A stretch of 64,000 nt of DNA from an uncultured delta proteobacterium (lineage in GTDB: Bacteria; Myxococcota; Kuafuiibacteriia; Kuafuiibacteriales; Kuafuiibacteriaceae), in contig CAWDML010000001.1 of the NCBI GenBank assembly GCA_963803435.1, positions 544,001 through 608,000 of the forward strand, given 5' to 3'. The position numbers were made by a program, and so were the translations under genes. Below, one piece after another: positions 20,065-30,351 of the stretch. Under the pieces are notes generated by a model. That model saw nothing but the letters and a program-made list of their open reading frames with translations, had not been told where the DNA came from and made no database searches. The number at the start of each line of letters is the position of its first letter. Positions within the stretch are counted from its first letter, which is position 1.

Positions 20065-21540
20065 CTACGTCAGGATCTCTTGAGCGAGACGCGGATCCGG
20101 ATTGATCGTACTGAAGAATCGCGGTCGAAAGCGACCCTTGCGGGTAAGCAGCGCATCGGCCATGCGATCGATCGCACGGACGGCCAGCGTGGTCTGAACG
20201 TAGGCCTCGATCAGGTCGTCGAGACCGATGCCCAACCGATTGAAGTCGCGGCTGTCCATCAGGAGCAGCCGGTCGGTCTCCGTCTCCCACGAGTGCTCTC
20301 CGGTTCGGACCGAGAGGTTGGTGCCCAGCATGTCCCAGGAGGGGACCTCGGGCTCGAGCCTCGCCGCCAGCGGTACACGAGCTCGGCGCGCGTAGATCGC
20401 CACCGGAAACACGCCCTCGTCGCCCGCACCGATCATGAAGCGAAGATCGAACACGTAGAGCTGCGACCTTTTGTCCGGCACGGTGCCGACGTGATAGAGG
20501 CTGCCCTGAGCGCTGCGCGAGCTCCATCCGCTGTTCCCAATCAACGCTTGTACCACGAACCGGTCGTAGCGATGCTCCGCGCTCATGAAGGATGCGAGCT
20601 CACCCGGGTTCGCGATCGTGAAGACACCCTGCCCCGCGTTGCTGTACGGGACCTTCACCACCGCGACGCCCCCCATCCGCTGCACCCACAGTGGCACCTC
20701 ATCGATGGGGACGTCCCAGATCGTATCCGGGGTGCGAATCTGGAGCCCGACGCTGCGCAAGTCCGCGTTGTAGAGATCGTAGGCCTTGGCGGCGAGGAGC
20801 TTGTTGCGTCCGCCCGCGAGACACACGAGCACCGGGTTGAAGAGCTCCGTCCTCGTCACCGGCGGGATGCGTCCCCACGGGCGCTGCGTCACGTAGCGGA
20901 GCGCGCCGCGGATCGGTTGCCACTCGCCGCCGACGCGGATCTCGAGCGTGCCGTCCTCGGTGAAGCGGTGGAGAGGATCCGGCACACCCTCGAAGCACGG
21001 CACCAAGTGGACGACCTCGCCGGTCAGGTCGGCGAGCACCGCCGCGTACCCCGAGGCCTCCATCTTGTTCTTGTCGTAAAGGACGGCGAGGCCGCCCGGC
21101 GGCAGGCTCCGGCGCTTGAGGCGGGGGAGAAACGCCCGCTCGAGGAGTGTGGCGTAACCGGCCTGTTGGCCCTCTTCGTGGACGAACGGCATCGACTTCT
21201 GCCCCGACGGGCAGGAGTTCGTCTCGATCACCACCATGCGGCGGGCACCGTCCTCGGTGGTGGCGTTGAACAGGTCGGCACCGCCCCAGCGGAAGTGCTT
21301 GGGCGCTTCACGGAGCACGTCGCGAATCCCGTGCGGGGTGACCTCGGGATGAAGATGGCAGAAGCGCTCGGCGATGCGCTCGTTCCCGAGGCCCATGAAA
21401 TAGCGCACCAGCGGGTGAATCTGGGCGTTCAGCACCCGGGGGTAGTAGTGGCGCTCGACCTCGAATCGGCCGCGCTCGTAGGGGACCGGCTCCGTCGTGG
21501 GCAGGCTCGCCGAGCGGGGTGCGGGGTCAGGCTGCGTCAC
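20065..21540 (-). CDS. circularly permuted ATP-grasp family protein (491 aa)
   Basis: GTG 21540 with a GGAGAGG RBS. ADLF...[10 protein letters not shown] lies before [20 protein letters not shown] and FDLRFMI, which is the motif order of permuted ATP-grasps. Confidence 0.7.
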   Translation of the reverse strand: MTQPDPAPRSASLPTTEPVPYERGRFEVERHYYPRVLNAQIHPLVRYFMGLGNERIAERFCHLHPEVTPHGIRDVLREAPKHFRWGGADLFNATTEDGARRMVVIETNSCPSGQKSMPFVHEEGQQAGYATLLERAFLPRLKRRSLPPGGLAVLYDKNKMEASGYAAVLADLTGEVVHLVPCFEGVPDPLHRFTEDGTLEIRVGGEWQPIRGALRYVTQRPWGRIPPVTRTELFNPVLVCLAGGRNKLLAAKAYDLYNADLRSVGLQIRTPDTIWDVPIDEVPLWVQRMGGVAVVKVPYSNAGQGVFTIANPGELASFMSAEHRYDRFVVQALIGNSGWSSRSAQGSLYHVGTVPDKRSQLYVFDLRFMIGAGDEGVFPVAIYARRARVPLAARLEPEVPSWDMLGTNLSVRTGEHSWETETDRLLLMDSRDFNRLGIGLDDLIEAYVQTTLAVRAIDRMADALLTRKGRFRPRFFSTINPDPRLAQEILT

Positions 21541-21643
21541 GCATGCACCTCTCCGTGCTTGAAAATCGCTCCCCGAAAGGTCGATGCTTCGCGCCCGTGA
21601 CGCCCACGTCCCCCTCCCCTTCCTCGCGCCGAGAGTACACGAG

Positions 21644-22843
21644 ATGAGTGCCCTCGCCATCATCGGCGGTACCACGGCGGCTCTGGCCGGGCTGGGCATC
21701 TTCGAAGGCCTGCAGCATCGCAAGCACCTGTCGAAGCTGAAGACTCGCATTCACGTCAACGGCACGCGCGGCAAGAGCAGTGTCACGCGTCTGATCGGGG
21801 CAGGCCTGCGCGAGGGCGGGATCGTCACCTGCGCCAAGACCACCGGAACGCTGGCGCGGATGATCCTCCCCAACGGCCGCGAGTACCCGGTCTATCGACC
21901 TTCCCACGCGAACGTCATCGAGCAGCTCCGCATCGTCCGCGTCGCAGTGGAGGTCGGCGCGGAGGCGCTGGTGATCGAGTGCATGGCGGTGCAACCCAGC
22001 TTGCAAGCGCTTTGCGAGCAAAAGTTCGTCCGGGCCACGCACGGCGTCATCACCAACGCCCGTCCCGATCACCTGGACGTGATGGGTCCGAGCGACAAGG
22101 ACGTCGCGCTGGCGCTGGCCGCCACCACGCCCGTCGCAGGTGTCCTCTACACGGCGGAGCAGCGCCACCTCGACGTCTTCGCGAACGCCGCCAGGGACCG
22201 GCGGACGGCGCTGATCCCGGTCGGTCTCGACGCGGTCGACGAGGTCACGCCCGATGAGCTCCGCAACTTCAGCTACATCGAGCACGCCGAGAATGTGGCG
22301 CTGGCCCTCAAGGTCTGCGAAGACCTCGGGGTGTCCCGGGAGACGGCGCTGGCCGGCATGTGGAAGGGGAAGCCGGATCCGGGCGTGCTCGCCGCCTACG
22401 AGCTGAGCTTCTTCGGGCGCCGGATCATCTTCGTCAATGCGTTCGCCGCGAACGATCCGGAGTCGACGGAGACGATCGTCCGCATGGTCACCAAGCGCTT
22501 CTCGGACGTGGAGCGCACCGTCATGCTGGTGAACTGCCGCGCCGATCGACCGGATCGATCGCGTCAGCTCGGCGAGACCTGCCTCGACTGGGGCGAGACC
22601 GACCACTACCTCTTGATCGGGACCGGCACGTTCATCTTCGCCCGGGCCGCCATGGAGCGCGGCATCGATCCCGGACGCGTCACCTACGCCGAGGACATGC
22701 GGATCGAGGAGATCTTCGAGCTGGTCGTCGACGTCGCCGGAGAGAGCGCGCTCATCATCGGCGTGGCCAACATCGGCGGGCAGGGCCTCGACCTGGTCCG
22801 TTACTTCAAGAACCGCAGCACGTTCGTGCGGACGGAGATCTGA
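21644..22843 (+). CDS. pgsB: poly-gamma-glutamate synthase PgsB/CapB
   Basis: [63 protein letters not shown] and [10 protein letters not shown]. Confidence 0.95.
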   Translation: MSALAIIGGTTAALAGLGIFEGLQHRKHLSKLKTRIHVNGTRGKSSVTRLIGAGLREGGIVTCAKTTGTLARMILPNGREYPVYRPSHANVIEQLRIVRVAVEVGAEALVIECMAVQPSLQALCEQKFVRATHGVITNARPDHLDVMGPSDKDVALALAATTPVAGVLYTAEQRHLDVFANAARDRRTALIPVGLDAVDEVTPDELRNFSYIEHAENVALALKVCEDLGVSRETALAGMWKGKPDPGVLAAYELSFFGRRIIFVNAFAANDPESTETIVRMVTKRFSDVERTVMLVNCRADRPDRSRQLGETCLDWGETDHYLLIGTGTFIFARAAMERGIDPGRVTYAEDMRIEEIFELVVDVAGESALIIGVANIGGQGLDLVRYFKNRSTFVRTEI

Positions 22844-22848
22844 ATCGG

Positions 22849-23301
22849 ATGGAATCCTTACCCGTCGCCATCGGCATCGGGCTCGCGGTCAGCCTGCTCT
22901 TCTCGGAGCTGTTCGGGCTGGCGGCGGGCGGAATGGTCGTGCCCGGCTACATCGCGCTCGCGCTCAGCCACCCGATCGACGTCATCCTGACGCTCGCCAC
23001 CGGCGTGCTCACCTTCGCCATCGTCCACGCGCTCGCGTCGATCGCGATCGTCTATGGCCGGCGGAGAACCGTGCTGATGATCCTGGTGGGATACATCCTC
23101 GGGTCGATCACCCGGGCGTTCGCCAGCGGTCTTCCGCCCGAGATGGGCTCGGGCCAGGCGGTGGTCGGCTACATCATCCCCGGCTTGATCGGCATCTGGA
23201 TCGACCGGCAGGGCGCCGCCGAGACCATCAGCACGCTCCTGACGGCGGCGGTGGTGGTACGATTGGTCCTGCTCCTGGCTCTCGGAGAGGCCGTCCTATG
23301 A
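22849..23301 (+). CDS. pgsC: poly-gamma-glutamate biosynthesis membrane protein PgsC/CapC
   Basis: GLAAGGMVVPGYIAL, YGRRR and VGYIIPGLI..W..RQG; directly follows pgsB. Confidence 0.95.
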   Translation: MESLPVAIGIGLAVSLLFSELFGLAAGGMVVPGYIALALSHPIDVILTLATGVLTFAIVHALASIAIVYGRRRTVLMILVGYILGSITRAFASGLPPEMGSGQAVVGYIIPGLIGIWIDRQGAAETISTLLTAAVVVRLVLLLALGEAVL

Positions 23302-24443
23302 AGAAGATGTACTGGCGCCCGCGGCGCGTCTCCCGCACGGCCCTCGTGCTGATCTCGGTGTGGTCGGTCGCCGGCTACGCGGCGCTCGAGCGGTTCCCGA
23401 GCAAGGTCCAGGAGCCCTACCACCAGGAGAAGATGGCGGCGGCCCAGCTGGCGCGCGAGGCCTTCGAGGCGATCCGCAAGGAGCGGCTGCGCCGGCGGCT
23501 CCCGATCGACACGGAGAGCGACATCGCGCAGAGCGGCTTGATCGGCACGCTGGTCACCCCGATCACCACCGACACCGGCTCGCTGGTCGCGAAGCAGACG
23601 TCGATCAACCCGAACTTCGCGGCGCTGATCGTCGGCTATCTGAAGTCGATCGACGTCACCGAGGGCGACGCGGTCGCGGTGGGCTACTCCGGCTCGTTCC
23701 CGGCGATCAACATCTCGGTGCTCGCCGCCTGCGAGGTCCTCAAGCTCAAGCCCGTCATCATCGCCAGCGCCTCCTCCTCCCAGTGGGGCGCCAACGAGCC
23801 CGAGTTCCCCTGGCTCGACATGGAGAGGACGCTCTACGATCAGGGCATCATCAGCTCGCGCGCGGTCGCCGCGTCGGTGGGCGGCATCGAGGATCGCGGG
23901 CTCGGCATGACCAAGCGCGGCCGCCGGATCCTCCACCAGAAGATCGCGGAGCACGGGATCCAGCTGATCGATCCCGAAAACTTCGCGGCCAGCGTGGAGC
24001 AGCGCATCCAGATCTACCGGCAGCACGCGGGCGCCGCGCCCATCCGGGCCTACGTCAACGTCGGCGGCGGCACCACCTCCGTGGGACGCAAGGCCGGCAA
24101 GCTGGCGTTTAGGCCCGGCCTCAACCGCAACGCGCCCGGCGTGGCCCTGCCGGAGGACTCGGTCATGGGGCGCTTCATCGACGAGGGCGTGCCGGTGATC
24201 CACATGACGCGGATCGCGCATCTCGCCGACAACTACGGCTTCCCGATCTCCCCCACCAGCACGCCGCTCGTCGGCGAGGGCAAGGTGTTCCACCGCGATC
24301 GGACGAACGTGTGGTTCGCCGGCGGGCTCCTGCTCAGCATCCTGATCGCGCTGTACCTGTTCGTGCGCTCCGACCTCGGCTTCCGGATGACCCGCGTGAC
24401 CCGCCGCGGCGGCGACTCCGCGCATCCCGAGCCGATGGTCTGA
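23298..24443 (+). CDS. pgsW: poly-gamma-glutamate system protein PgsW
   Basis: GLIG...TPITTD.G.L.AKQTSINPNFAA, SGSFPAIN, SSSQWGAN.P...WLDME and YVNVGG; ATGA overlap with pgsC. Confidence 0.85.
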   Translation: MKKMYWRPRRVSRTALVLISVWSVAGYAALERFPSKVQEPYHQEKMAAAQLAREAFEAIRKERLRRRLPIDTESDIAQSGLIGTLVTPITTDTGSLVAKQTSINPNFAALIVGYLKSIDVTEGDAVAVGYSGSFPAINISVLAACEVLKLKPVIIASASSSQWGANEPEFPWLDMERTLYDQGIISSRAVAASVGGIEDRGLGMTKRGRRILHQKIAEHGIQLIDPENFAASVEQRIQIYRQHAGAAPIRAYVNVGGGTTSVGRKAGKLAFRPGLNRNAPGVALPEDSVMGRFIDEGVPVIHMTRIAHLADNYGFPISPTSTPLVGEGKVFHRDRTNVWFAGGLLLSILIALYLFVRSDLGFRMTRVTRRGGDSAHPEPMV

Positions 24444-24545
24444 GTCGGAACGGATAGACGAGCCCGCCGCGCAGCGGGTGAAGGGCGGCGGTCGGTGGGG
24501 GACGCACACCTTGACCCGAAGTCCGGTTCGACCGACCAACCAAGG

Positions 24546-26147
24546 GTGACGCCGGCGTTCGCGCTCGTCCTCGCGACCACCGCGACCACCGCGACCGCCA
24601 CCTCTGCACCGGAGTTCATCAAGGGCGACCTGACCTACGTGGGCACGCGCGAGCTCGTCTCGCGGTACGACCACGTGAGCGTCCGCATCGGCCCCCAGAT
24701 CATCGACAAGGAGATCTTCCTCTCGGTCGCGCCCGGCGCGGCCTTCTACCCGGGGAGCTGGGCGGTGGGGGTCCACGTGCCGCTGAACCTCCTCCTCCTC
24801 GAGGCCGGCACCAACCAGTTCGGCAAGCTCAAGCTGCGCCGCGAGGACTGGGACGAGCCCTCCGACTACGCGAAGATCATCCGCTTCATCAGCTACGGCC
24901 GGAAAGAGGATCCGCTGTACTTCACCATCACCTCATTGCGCCCGTACACGCTCGGTCACGGTGAGCTGATCCATCACTACCAGCCGAACATCGACATCGA
25001 TCGCTCGCTGACCGGCGGCGTGTTCGAGGGCTACACGGCGTGGGGCGGCGTCCAGCTCGAGCTCAACGACATCACCTTCAAGGGGCGCGTGCTGGGCGCG
25101 CTCGCGTTCGTGAAGCCGCTGTTCTTCCTCGACAACCCGATCCTGCAGACGCTCTCCTTCGGCGCCGAGTACGCCGGCGATCTGGCCGCGCCGCGCTGCG
25201 TGCAGGTCTCGGAGAAGGATCGTCGGTGCGTGCCCGGATCGGGCAACCAACCCGGCTTCGATCCGCTGACCGGTCAGAGCCGCGACGACACCTTCGTCCG
25301 GACCGACCCGGACCTCGGCCGTCCGGTCGTCGAGGAGACGGCGATCCACGCGATCGGCTTCTCGGGCGAGATCAAGGTGCTGAAGACGGAGCCGTCGGAC
25401 CTGAAGGTCTACGCCACCTGGCACGGCTTCATCCACGGCGGCGACGGGCTGGCGCTGGGCGCGCTGGGCCGGTTCAACCTGGGCGAGGAGACCATCCACG
25501 CCTTCCGCGCGCGGGCCGAGCTTCGGACCTTCGGCCGCCGCTTCCAGCCCGACTACTTCGACACGCTGTACGAGGTGACCAAGTATCAGATGATCCAGTC
25601 GAAGCCGCGCTTCCAGATCGCACCGACGCGCTACCAGTGGGTCTTCGGCGACGAGGAGAACGGCTTCGCGCCCTCGAGCGAGGGACGGAGCTGGGGCTAC
25701 AACCTCGAGCTCTCCTGGGGCATGTTCGCCGGCTCCCGCGGCAAGAAGCAGATCGCCGCCGCCATCGGGCTCTCCGAGTCCACGCGCGACCTGGACACGA
25801 ACTTCTACCTCCACCTCGAGGTGCCGATCGTGAAGTTCATCCAGCTCTTCGGCAGCTTCATCCGCGTGAACGCCTCCAACCTGGGCGATGTCTTCGCGGG
25901 CTCGCCCGAGAACGTGGTGGTGCTGTCGGGGCTGCGGATCCAGATCTTCCCGTTCCTGTTCGCGAACGCCAGCTACACCCGCACGTATCGGATCGTGCGG
26001 AGCCCGGGCCGCGAGTTCCACCTGGGCAACGACAACATCGTCGACGAGCGCGGCCAGCCTTCGAGCCTGTTCACGAACGATCGCATCTTCGAGAACATCG
26101 ACACCCTCTACGTCGACCTGGAGCTGGGATGGGAGTTCCGGGAGTGA
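24546..26147 (+). CDS. putative outer-membrane beta-barrel protein of unknown function
   Basis: N-terminal hydrophobic leader; many amphipathic strands with alternating aromatic residues; C-terminal YVDLELGWEFRE. Start uncertain (24495 or 24546). Confidence 0.6.
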   Translation: MTPAFALVLATTATTATATSAPEFIKGDLTYVGTRELVSRYDHVSVRIGPQIIDKEIFLSVAPGAAFYPGSWAVGVHVPLNLLLLEAGTNQFGKLKLRREDWDEPSDYAKIIRFISYGRKEDPLYFTITSLRPYTLGHGELIHHYQPNIDIDRSLTGGVFEGYTAWGGVQLELNDITFKGRVLGALAFVKPLFFLDNPILQTLSFGAEYAGDLAAPRCVQVSEKDRRCVPGSGNQPGFDPLTGQSRDDTFVRTDPDLGRPVVEETAIHAIGFSGEIKVLKTEPSDLKVYATWHGFIHGGDGLALGALGRFNLGEETIHAFRARAELRTFGRRFQPDYFDTLYEVTKYQMIQSKPRFQIAPTRYQWVFGDEENGFAPSSEGRSWGYNLELSWGMFAGSRGKKQIAAAIGLSESTRDLDTNFYLHLEVPIVKFIQLFGSFIRVNASNLGDVFAGSPENVVVLSGLRIQIFPFLFANASYTRTYRIVRSPGREFHLGNDNIVDERGQPSSLFTNDRIFENIDTLYVDLELGWEFRE

Positions 26148-28516
26148 GGAGCCCCGTCTTTGCGCTGCTGGTGCTCTCGGCCTGCACCGAGAAGACCGAC
26201 GTCCCCATCGGGTTCGCCGCCGAGGGCAGTGCCTGCGACCGAGTCGCCGACTGCCAGGCCGGGCTCGACTGCCGCGACGGCACCTGCACGCCGATCCCCG
26301 AGCCCGACATCACCGGGCGCGCCGGCAGCGCCTGCACCGGCGACGGCGCGTGCGCCGGCGACCTCTGCTGCGGGAACCAGGGGGTCTGTCGCGCGCCGCT
26401 CGCCGGCGCCTGCGGGCTGCCCGCCGGAGCGCGCTGCGGCCTCACCCCCGACTGCGACGTGGGTCTGTTGTGCGACGGCTTCGGTCTCTGCGCCGCGCCC
26501 GGGAGCGGCCCTGGTCAAGGCGAGGAGGGCGACGCCTGCGCCGGCCTCGAGGACTGCGCGCGCCCGCTGATCTGCGGCGCCGGCGACACCTGCCAGCCGC
26601 CGCCGTTCTTCCCCGGCGTCGCGTGCACGCGCTCGGAGGAGGAGCTGGGCGCCTTCCGCGCCTACTTCGAGGTGCCGCGCGGTGCGCCGCTCGACGAGTT
26701 CTATCGGCAGCCGTTCCCCAGCGACGTGCGGCTCACCGGCGGCCGCATCGATCTGTCCGGCCACCCCGATCCCGGCGACGTGGGCGGCGTGGACTTCGCC
26801 GCGCTCTACCTCTCTGCGATCGAGGAGGACTACGTCGGCTTCGGCCTCACCGAGCCGGTGTTCCTCCGCTTCTCCGATCGCGTCGACGAGTCCACGCTCT
26901 CGATCGACGGCGGCGCCGCCACCGTGATGCTCGCCGACGTCGCGACCGGGACGAGCGTCCCGATCCAGATCCTGTATCGCGCGGAGGCCGGCGAGTTCAT
27001 CTGCGCCAGCTCGCTCGCCGTCGCGCCCATCGACGGCTTCGTGCTGTCGCCGCGAACCACCTACGCCGTCGTGATCACCACCGGCGTGAAGAGCTGGAAG
27101 GGCGAGACGCCGATCCACGACGGCGACTTCGCGGCGATCCTCGCCGACGCCACCCCCGAGGATCCGGCGCTCTCGCAGGCCCAGACCGCCTTCGCCCCGC
27201 TCGCCGGGCTGCTCGAGAAGCTGGGTCTCGATCCGAGCGAGGTGGCGGTGGCCTCGGTCTACACCACCGGCGACCCGGGCGCGGTCGGGCCCGAGCTCTT
27301 GGATGCCGTCGCCAGCGCGCCGGCGCCGGTGCTCTCGAACGCCGTCCGCTGCACGGGCGCCGCCGTCTCTCCGTGCGCCGAGGGCGGCGAGCGCGGCTGC
27401 CCGCCGGTGAGCGCCGGCTTCCACCAGATCCACGCGATGGTCTCGAACCCCGTCTTCCAGCGCGGGACCCGGCCCTATCCGTCCGCGGGTGACGGGACCG
27501 AGGGCGCGCTGGCGCGCAAGGCCGACGGGACGATCGAGGCCGTGGGGCGCGAGTCGATCTGCGTCGCGCTCGCGATCCCCAAGAGCGCGATGCCGGCCGG
27601 CGGCTGGCCGGTGGTGATCTACGGCCACGGCACCGGCGGCGACTTCCTCTCCGGGATGGGCGATGTCGCCGGCGACCTCACCGCCTCGGGGATCGCGGTC
27701 GTCGGCTTCGACGGCGCGATGCACGGCCCCCGGCAGGGGCTCCCGCCGGCGCTCCGCCAGGATCCGGGGCGGCTCTTCTTCAACGCCCAGAACCCGCGCG
27801 CCGCCCGCGACAACGTGCTCCAGGGCGCCGCCGACATCCACAACCTGGTGCGCCTCCTGAAGACGCTCCAGCTCGAGCAAGCAGAGGTCGGGTTGACGGC
27901 GCGCTTCGATCCCGCGCGCATCCTCTACTACGGGCACTCGCAGGGCACGGTGGTGGGGGCGCCCGTGCTGGTGAACGACCCGGATCTGCGGGCCGCCGTC
28001 TTCACCGGCGCCGGCGCGGAGATCGGCCTCACCATGGTCTACAAGAAGAAGCCGAACGACGTCGCCGCCCTCACCCGCGCGCTCTTCGGCGATCAGACCG
28101 TGAGCCGGCTCCACCCGATGATCGGGCTGATGTCGCTCTTCTTCGGCCCCGCCGACGCCACGCCCTACGCGGCCCAGCTCCCCGAGGGCCGGGTCCACTT
28201 CCTCCACGTCTACGGCAGGAACGACGGCTTCACCCCCGAGGTCACGCAGGCTGCGATGATCCGCGCCGGCGGCTACCCGATCGTCGGCGACGTGATCGTC
28301 CCCCTCGACGGCATCCCCCGCACCGCCGCGCCCGCCTCCGCCACCCTGGCGGGCGCCTCCGTGGGCGCCATCCAGTTCGAGCCGCCGCTCACCGCCGGCG
28401 TGCCCGACTACGACGGCCACTTCGTCGGCACGCGCGACCCTGCCGCACGCGCCGCGATCGTCACGTTCCTCGACGGCGCCGCCCACTCGGACGCGGCCCC
28501 GGAGATCACGCGATGA
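26144..28516 (+). CDS. lipoprotein with Cys-rich repeats and a C-terminal alpha/beta hydrolase (Pla-1/cef-like lipase)
   Basis: GTG overlaps the upstream stop; lipobox LSAC; four G..C....DC..GL.C....C units; PFPSD, WPVVIYGHGTGG, RDNVLQ, nucleophile GHSQG, DG and GH motifs. Confidence 0.8.
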   Translation: MRSPVFALLVLSACTEKTDVPIGFAAEGSACDRVADCQAGLDCRDGTCTPIPEPDITGRAGSACTGDGACAGDLCCGNQGVCRAPLAGACGLPAGARCGLTPDCDVGLLCDGFGLCAAPGSGPGQGEEGDACAGLEDCARPLICGAGDTCQPPPFFPGVACTRSEEELGAFRAYFEVPRGAPLDEFYRQPFPSDVRLTGGRIDLSGHPDPGDVGGVDFAALYLSAIEEDYVGFGLTEPVFLRFSDRVDESTLSIDGGAATVMLADVATGTSVPIQILYRAEAGEFICASSLAVAPIDGFVLSPRTTYAVVITTGVKSWKGETPIHDGDFAAILADATPEDPALSQAQTAFAPLAGLLEKLGLDPSEVAVASVYTTGDPGAVGPELLDAVASAPAPVLSNAVRCTGAAVSPCAEGGERGCPPVSAGFHQIHAMVSNPVFQRGTRPYPSAGDGTEGALARKADGTIEAVGRESICVALAIPKSAMPAGGWPVVIYGHGTGGDFLSGMGDVAGDLTASGIAVVGFDGAMHGPRQGLPPALRQDPGRLFFNAQNPRAARDNVLQGAADIHNLVRLLKTLQLEQAEVGLTARFDPARILYYGHSQGTVVGAPVLVNDPDLRAAVFTGAGAEIGLTMVYKKKPNDVAALTRALFGDQTVSRLHPMIGLMSLFFGPADATPYAAQLPEGRVHFLHVYGRNDGFTPEVTQAAMIRAGGYPIVGDVIVPLDGIPRTAAPASATLAGASVGAIQFEPPLTAGVPDYDGHFVGTRDPAARAAIVTFLDGAAHSDAAPEITR

Positions 28517-29232
28517 AGTGGTCGCTCCCACTCGCGCTGCTCTGTACCGGCTGTGGCGGCGGCGTCCCCATCCAGCTGGTCCTCGATCAGTTCGCCATCG
28601 ATCTGTCGCTCGACGACGCAGTGGCCGCGGTCTCACCGCAGCTGTTGCCGCCCGACTCGCCCGGGCTGCCGGAGCGTTGGCCCGACGAGTTCCCCGACAT
28701 CTGCTGGGACGCGCTGATCGACACCGATCCCGATCTGGGCGGACGCATCGACCTCACGCCCGATCCCGAGACGGATCCGCAGGCCGCCGAGGACTTCGGA
28801 CCGGTCAACAGCGGCCTGGTCGATCGCATCGAGATCGATCGCCTCGTCGTCCGCGTCGAGCGGAACACGCTCAACGTCGCGCTGCCGCCCATCGAGATCC
28901 AGGCCTCCGACGCCCTCGACGCCGACGGCGCCGACCGCCGCGCCTGGCGCACCCTGGGCGCGATCGGCGCCGACCGCATCTCGCCGCCCTGCGCCTCCGG
29001 CGAGCCCGACGACCCGGTGGTCGAGCCGGGCGAGAAGCTCGACCTCGACTTCGTCTGGGCCCGCAGCGGCGAGAGCTATCTCAACGCCCAGCTCGCCGAC
29101 GACGTCAAAGAGTTCAGCCTGCGCGGGCGCACGCGCCTGGTGATCGACACCGCGCAGAACCCCGCCCGCCCCCGCGGCGAGGTCACGCTCCGCCTGATCC
29201 TGATCGCGACGTTCTTCGTCTCGCCCCTGTGA
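28513..29232 (+). CDS. hypothetical lipoprotein
   Basis: MKWSLPLALLCTGC lipobox; ATGA overlap; coding-like GC3. Confidence 0.7.
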   Translation: MKWSLPLALLCTGCGGGVPIQLVLDQFAIDLSLDDAVAAVSPQLLPPDSPGLPERWPDEFPDICWDALIDTDPDLGGRIDLTPDPETDPQAAEDFGPVNSGLVDRIEIDRLVVRVERNTLNVALPPIEIQASDALDADGADRRAWRTLGAIGADRISPPCASGEPDDPVVEPGEKLDLDFVWARSGESYLNAQLADDVKEFSLRGRTRLVIDTAQNPARPRGEVTLRLILIATFFVSPL

Positions 29233-30351
29233 TCAGGAGAGGTGCGCCGCCAGGACCTCCGCGATCCGCGCCGCCGTGCGATCCCACCCGATCTCGGCGC
29301 GCGCGCGCTCGATCGCCGGGGCCGGCAGCGGCCCTCGGCGGGCCTCGGCGTCGAGCGCCGCCTCGAGCGCCGACAGGAGCGCCGCCTCGGACTTCTCTTT
29401 CACCGCGAACACCGCCTCCTCGCCGGGATAGAGGCCGAGCAGGCGATCGATCCCGTCCTCCTCGAACAGCACGAACCGGCGCCCCACGGCCGCGTACTCG
29501 AGCGGCTTCATGCCGAGGTCGCCGGAGCGCGTGCTGACGCAGACGTCGGCGGCGCGAAGGACGCAGATCGCAGCGTCGTGCGGGAGCGCGCCGAGGAACT
29601 GCACCGGCGAGCCCGGCGGCGCGCTCCGGGCGTGGGCCTCCACTTCGGCCGCGCGCGGGCCGCCGCCGGCCACCAGGAGGCCGACGCCCGGGAGCCGGCG
29701 ATGTGCGGCGCAGAGGAGATCGATCCGCTGCTCCTCCACCAGCGTGCCGGCGAACGCGAGGTAGCGCTGCTCTGGATCGAGGCCGAGCGCGCGGCGCGCC
29801 TCACCGCGATCACCCGGAGTGGCGACGTCGAGGTCGGCGCCGTTCCAGACCACGATCGGATCGCGGGCGCCCAGCGCGGTGCGGGCGTGGCGCGCCACGT
29901 TCTCGGAGGCGGCGATCAGCGCGCGCGCATGCCGGACGGTGGGCCGGAGCACGCGCTCGACCGTCCGTATCGCCGCGTCGCTCCTCCCCGAGGCGCGCAG
30001 CTCGTCGAGGATGGGACCGTTGAGCTCGAGCGCCAGGGGGACGCCGAGCGCCCGCACCACCGCCGGGATAAGGCTGCTGGTGGGCGAGAGCCGCAGGTAG
30101 ACCACGTGCGGGCGGCGGCGCGCGATCTCGACGGCGAGCTGCGCCGCCAGGATCGACTCCATCCGCAGGCCAGGTTGCACACCGGCGGGCGGTCGGATCC
30201 GCGCCAGCCCGTCGATCGGGGCCTCGCGGCCGGGCGCGGCCAGCGTGACCTCGTGCCCGAGCGAGATCAGCTCCCGGCAGACGGCCAGGACGTGCCGCGC
30301 ACCGCCGAACGGTTGGTCGAGCCGAACCTTGGTGACGAAGAGGAGCTTCAT
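29233..30351 (-). CDS. glycosyltransferase family 4 (GT-B)
   Basis: GGARHV, GHEVTL, VVWNGAD, FAGTL, AGGGP and ADVCV...MKPLEYAAVG. Confidence 0.88.
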   Translation of the reverse strand: MKLLFVTKVRLDQPFGGARHVLAVCRELISLGHEVTLAAPGREAPIDGLARIRPPAGVQPGLRMESILAAQLAVEIARRRPHVVYLRLSPTSSLIPAVVRALGVPLALELNGPILDELRASGRSDAAIRTVERVLRPTVRHARALIAASENVARHARTALGARDPIVVWNGADLDVATPGDRGEARRALGLDPEQRYLAFAGTLVEEQRIDLLCAAHRRLPGVGLLVAGGGPRAAEVEAHARSAPPGSPVQFLGALPHDAAICVLRAADVCVSTRSGDLGMKPLEYAAVGRRFVLFEEDGIDRLLGLYPGEEAVFAVKEKSEAALLSALEAALDAEARRGPLPAPAIERARAEIGWDRTAARIAEVLAAHLS

